11,846 nucleotides of DNA from Sulfurimonadaceae bacterium (lineage in GTDB: Bacteria; Campylobacterota; Campylobacteria; Campylobacterales; Sulfurimonadaceae), in the NCBI GenBank assembly GCA_041548245.1, contig JBFESZ010000067.1, positions 1-11,846 of the forward strand, written 5' to 3'. Below the pieces are notes generated by a model. That model saw nothing but the letters and a program-made list of their open reading frames with translations, did not search any database and had not been told where the DNA came from. Numbering within the stretch: position 1 is the stretch's first letter; each line of letters starts with the position of its first letter. Positions 9,101 to 11,846 of this stretch are shown here, one piece after another. The translations under genes and the position numbers were made by a program.

Positions 9101-9259
9101 ACTTGGCATCTCTATCATTGCAGAAGCTGACTTTTTGAAAATAACAACCTGCTGAGCAGGCATAGGTTTACCGTCTTTCATCAAATAGAAAGAAAGACTA
9201 CCTGTATCGATCGCCCATAATGATGCAACCAATGTCATTAAGAGTAAAAAACTTCTCAT
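6101..9259 (-). CDS. TonB-dependent outer-membrane receptor with long N-terminal extension (two carboxypeptidase-regulatory-like/Ig-like domains)
   Basis: Signal peptide MRSFLLLMTLVASLWA; TonB-box-like LEEFVVLA; plug motifs (SDALKRVAGVT...VRGLGDRY...VPLDIFPASVLESIKVQK...GGLVDLKTK); barrel motifs (GVRYD, ARPTFTEL, GNPNLIPS, GIELDF, NILNP); C-terminal beta-signal FGASYAF. Start ATG 9259 preferred (ATGA overlap with the TPR gene stop; GGGAG 8 nt upstream). Confidence 0.95.
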   Translation of the reverse strand: MRSFLLLMTLVASLWAIDTGSLSFYLMKDGKPMPAQQVVIFKKSASAMIEMPSSYTRHAEYVTDEDGYLNTVLPVGDYQLQVVAKEKKQAQAFVKKPFVVQKNKESQIIVSLKEDDTLYFEDGESSKEQMVSTDEQNLTHKEEGSLIIHLTSSEDASLIKDARIFVQGQSVDVKTNEKGEATLSLPEGEQTVSIINSNYSSQTVKVSIVAKKTVEKSYEMTPSSMSLEEFVVLAPRVEGSISSAIEEKRNDVSVSEVLGSEQMAKSGDSKASDALKRVAGVTLKDGKYVLVRGLGDRYTTVTMNNFTLPSPNPTKRVVPLDIFPASVLESIKVQKAFTADKPGEMTGGLVDLKTKNVPDDFFLKLSASLKYVDGTTFKDGKTYKGGDFDAFGYDDGTRALPRVLVNNQLKESLVPGVTPGFSKDQIAEISKLLTYENDVKTKKMPLGMKVGVSLGDSYDFDSDNTVGFIAAASLGNDNRKINLEQNEFRNGTNGVEVYKEKDSVVDKYKKSLSAMFGLGWKSNDDHKIDATTLYVHEANDVVKVGDKLDKTDANQPQLSKSTDLVWTETALWMNQLAGSHKIDMGIDTELKWRTGYSFATLYEPDKRNYSFIYNEATGKYQLDGEDTTRLKRDWSKVEDQIFEAGGDYLMDIPLWNGIRADVKLGTTYISKLRTSYLRKFAYSRMDQNGRPREPFEYSENIDDIINENTIGGTTVDAPYLLAEIPGRNTSAYNGFHELFAMYAMADIELADWINVTAGVRYDASNMQVDIIDNVTGDAFPEDTAYVDDSYYLPSVIANIKTAEDSQLRLAAAYTVARPTFTELAYVSLIDPVTGDISYGNPNLIPSTALNLDARWEWYFAPAESFSAGVFYKDFKDPIEKVQAPISGGGRAFTYENAAGAQTYGIELDFRKGIFTEDYFVAGNLTLVRSQIDLGNDQGILTNQTRSMQGQSPYIANLQLGYDNQDRGQTASLVLNAFGKRIAVVGAYGFEDEYEQAYEQLDFVYLHRLNDDLKLSFKITNILNPVREIKMGDITTYSYKQGTDYTFGASYAF

Positions 9260-10413
9260 AATGAACACTCCCAGTGATTATCTTTACACTTTTGCATGTT
9301 TTTTCGTAACTCTGTTGCTTTATTGAACATATCTGGACGTGTCAAAAATTTCAATTCTACCTCACATTCGTCATATTTTCCGCTCATATAATATGAATAC
9401 GCCAATGCATAACGGATACTTTCATCTTCAATAAGTCCGCTACGATATAAAGCCTTGCTGCTTGCCAATATACGTTCATAAGCTTCAAACTCAATAAAGA
9501 TTGCAACACGCTGCTTTAGCTTCTCTTTTTCTTCAAGCATCTGAGAGTTTTTGTAAAGCGCTGACATAAATTCCTTTGCGCGACGCATCATCTCAGCCGC
9601 TTCCTTAGTGTATTTATCATCTTCTATAGATGCTTCATCAAATAGATCTGCAGCTGCCTGGATCATCTCTTTATCGATATAAAGGTGTGCCAGCATCACA
9701 GTGATATCTGCACTTGTAATAAAACGAAGGTTTGCCTCTTCAGCCAATTCGATCGCTTTATCCGTATCTCCACTACTGCGAAGTGCTGAGATGAATGAAA
9801 GGACTGTTTTATCCGTCGGTTTCGCATTTACAAGATAAACCTGTGCATCTTCCAATGCCGACTGATACAACTTTAACGATACCAGATAGTTAAAACGTTG
9901 CTTATAGAAATTCCACTCACTTGAAAAGGTTTTGATTCCATTTGCCAATACTTCCAATGCCCTCTCAAACTCTTTGAGCTGCCAATGACACTCGGCTTTT
10001 AAAGCAATGACAGAAGGCTTTTCATTGACAACTGGACCTGCTTTGACTATAGCATCCAAGGCACCCTTGTAATCTTTGAGCTTATAACTGTTTTGAGCGA
10101 TATAAAGATATAATACGACTTGATCAACACCTTCAAAGCCAAGCGCCTGCTCAAAAAACTTATTCGCTTCTGCATAGGCACCCAACTTGGTAGACACTAG
10201 GCCTCGAAGTGTAAAATAACGACCTTTATCAAGATTCTCATCTTCTGTGTCCACTTGATTCAATTCATCATTTGCACGATTACTATGACCGTCCTTAAGC
10301 AAAAGGGCCGCAAGACTCATATGATCGATCTCATCCGACGCTTTTTTCTCTGCTGCACTGACATTGAGTGAGATCAGTAACAGTAAAACCAATAATCTTT
10401 TAAGTGTCGGCAT
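9256..10413 (-). CDS. Periplasmic/secreted tetratricopeptide-repeat protein (TtpD-like position after tonB)
   Basis: Sec signal peptide (MPTLKRLLVLLLLISLNVSA). TPR-like helical repeats (YFTLRGLVSTKLGAYAEANKFFEQAL; LYIAQNSYKLKDYKGALDAI; LKAECHWQLKEFERALEVL; YALAYSYYMSGKYDECE). SD GGAGG at 10420-10424. Confidence 0.88.
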   Translation of the reverse strand: MPTLKRLLVLLLLISLNVSAAEKKASDEIDHMSLAALLLKDGHSNRANDELNQVDTEDENLDKGRYFTLRGLVSTKLGAYAEANKFFEQALGFEGVDQVVLYLYIAQNSYKLKDYKGALDAIVKAGPVVNEKPSVIALKAECHWQLKEFERALEVLANGIKTFSSEWNFYKQRFNYLVSLKLYQSALEDAQVYLVNAKPTDKTVLSFISALRSSGDTDKAIELAEEANLRFITSADITVMLAHLYIDKEMIQAAADLFDEASIEDDKYTKEAAEMMRRAKEFMSALYKNSQMLEEKEKLKQRVAIFIEFEAYERILASSKALYRSGLIEDESIRYALAYSYYMSGKYDECEVELKFLTRPDMFNKATELRKNMQKCKDNHWECSL

Positions 10414-10458
10414 TGAATGCCTCCATATACTGCATATTAATACGTGTCATCATCTTTC

Positions 10459-11085
10459 CTATTGAAAATCAAAGCGAACTTTTTGTTTCGCCCAAACTTT
10501 AACTGCTTCGCCCTTATATTGAGCTGGCTTAAACCGCCAGTTTTTAACACCATTGACTGCTGCATCATCAAAGACATTAGCTGGTTCAGATTCGAGTACC
10601 TTAACCTTTTCAACGCTTCCGGTTTTGGTAATAAGCAGGTTCATCACCACATATCCTGTCACACCTGCCTTATAAGCCTGCTTAGGATACTCCATAGCTG
10701 TTCTTTCTGCTGGCTGTGGAGCGACATCAACCGAATCCTCACTCATAACCATATTCTTACCGACATCTCCAAGAAGGGCATCATCCATGTTCATATCAGT
10801 CATAAATGCATCCAACCCTGTATCAATACCACTTAACGAGCTATCAATACTTGGTGCAGGCGTACTGCGCTTTGGCTTGGCTTGTTCAGGTTTTGGTTTT
10901 GGTTTTGGTTTTGGTTTTGGTTTCGGTTTGACCATCTTTTGAACAGCCATATCCATACTTTTCTTTTTAGTTTCAGGCTTCGATTCTCCACCCTTGTTAT
11001 TCATATAAATAACAATACCAAACACAAAGAAAAGTCCAAAAACCATCCAAATAATCGACTTAAGACGTTTAGACAAAGCGTTCAC
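10459..11085 (-). CDS. tonB: Energy transducer TonB
   Basis: N-terminal TM anchor; (KP)7 proline-rich linker; TonB C-terminal domain YPKQAYKAGVTGYVVMNLLITKTGSVEKVKVLESEPANVFDDAAVNGVKNWRFKP. GTG start 1 nt after the exbD stop. Confidence 0.95.
   Translation of the reverse strand: MNALSKRLKSIIWMVFGLFFVFGIVIYMNNKGGESKPETKKKSMDMAVQKMVKPKPKPKPKPKPKPEQAKPKRSTPAPSIDSSLSGIDTGLDAFMTDMNMDDALLGDVGKNMVMSEDSVDVAPQPAERTAMEYPKQAYKAGVTGYVVMNLLITKTGSVEKVKVLESEPANVFDDAAVNGVKNWRFKPAQYKGEAVKVWAKQKVRFDFQ
10889..10930. repeat. Hexanucleotide tandem repeat (GGTTTT)5 + GGTTTC + GGTTTG encoding Lys-Pro x7 in TonB
   Basis: Read directly: five perfect GGTTTT units at 10889-10918, then two units that differ at the last base. 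Confidence 0.95.
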
Positions 11086-11086
11086 C

Positions 11087-11491
11087 TTATCCTACTTCTT
11101 TCTCTGTGGCAACAGCAACATCTTTTGCACCAGCCATACGGCATTGATCGACAACTTCAATCAACTTATTGACTTCAATACCATCATCCGTTACGACAAG
11201 GACTGAATGCTCAGCAGAAGTACGTAGCATATCACGAAGTTTTCCTTGAATTGCCCATACCTTTACAGGTTGTGCATCCACATACGTCTCACCTGCTTTG
11301 TCAATATAGACACGGATGACTTTTGATGATGCTTTAGATGCAGATGATGCACCAGGACGGTTTAGATCCAGCTTCATATCTTTGACAAATGTCGAACTAA
11401 CCATAAAAAAGATCAATAGGATAAAAACCATATCGATCAGTGGCGACATATCGACGCCTATTTCCTGAGACTTACGTTGACGAAAACGCAT
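11087..11491 (-). CDS. exbD: Biopolymer transport protein ExbD
   Basis: TM motif DMSPLIDMVFILLIFFMVSSTF with the conserved Asp; C-terminal VLVVTD...LIEVVDQCRMAGAKDVAVAT. Start abuts the exbB stop (TAGATG). Confidence 0.95.
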   Translation of the reverse strand: MRFRQRKSQEIGVDMSPLIDMVFILLIFFMVSSTFVKDMKLDLNRPGASSASKASSKVIRVYIDKAGETYVDAQPVKVWAIQGKLRDMLRTSAEHSVLVVTDDGIEVNKLIEVVDQCRMAGAKDVAVATEKEVG

Positions 11492-11846
11492 CTATTCTCC
11501 CTCTTCTTTTATACATACGATATCTTTGATCTGTTCCAGATCCATGATCATCTTATCTGCTTTACGCTGCAATAAGTTCCCGATAATAAGACCTGGAACA
11601 GCAACAACCAAACCTAACTGCGTTGTAAACAGTGCCTGAGAAATTCCTCCGGCAATACCACCACTTTGTGAAAACAGCGCTGCGTCAGCCAAAGAGTCAA
11701 ACGTCTCTATCATACCAATAACAGTCCCTAAAAGACCGATTAACGGTGCTGCTGCGACAATCGTCTTAACAAGACGAGAATACTTCATAATCTCAACAGT
11801 ATATTTATTGAAAGCATCCGTTACATAAGCTCTAGTCAGCTCTGTA
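11492..11846 (-). CDS. exbB: MotA/TolQ/ExbB proton-channel protein (ExbB), 5'-truncated by the window edge
   Basis: Motifs AAAPLIGLLGTVIGMIETF and GIAGGISQALFTTQLGLVVAVP. The frame stays open upstream of the track start at 11788 to the window end (TELTRAYVTDAFNKYTVEIMKY...). Confidence 0.92.
   Translation of the reverse strand, partial: TELTRAYVTDAFNKYTVEIMKYSRLVKTIVAAAPLIGLLGTVIGMIETFDSLADAALFSQSGGIAGGISQALFTTQLGLVVAVPGLIIGNLLQRKADKMIMDLEQIKDIVCIKEEGE

Noticed and set aside
5645-10836. ORFs 5645-5848, 6214-6438, 6470-6664, 6487-6708, 8433-8657 and 10444-10836
   Set aside because: They overlap the DUF1566, receptor or tonB genes on the opposite strand or in another frame, with no independent coding evidence.
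10882-11172. + strand ORF beginning MFRFWFWFWFWFWF
   Set aside because: It is the antisense reading of the TonB (KP)7 repeat and lies entirely over tonB/exbD.
10459-11846. Interpretation as tolQ-tolR-tolA or a flagellar motAB stator
   Set aside because: The third gene has a YP-containing TonB C-domain and a KP linker, and it is followed by a TonB-dependent receptor rather than tolB/pal. ExbD has no OmpA-like peptidoglycan-binding domain.

Overview
Two convergent, tightly packed cell-envelope operons. The organism is probably a Campylobacterota member such as Sulfurimonas or Sulfurovum (inferred from moderate AT richness, KAFTLIE-type prepilin leaders and gene style; not provable here). Plus strand (1-5491): the 3' half of a type II secretion system operon, with a truncated GspN-like gene, gspC (with PDZ), the secretin gspD, the ATPase gspE and two minor pseudopilins. 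Minus strand (11846-5654): the distal part of a TonB energy-transducer operon of the Vibrio TonB2/TonB3 (Ttp) style: exbB (truncated), exbD, tonB and a secreted TPR protein. These are followed by a 1052-aa TonB-dependent receptor with a duplicated N-terminal extension and a small secreted DUF1566/Lcl-domain protein. The most interesting element is this exbB-exbD-tonB-TPR-TBDR-DUF1566 module, whose substrate cannot be read from the sequence. No RNA genes, CRISPR arrays or mobile elements were seen.
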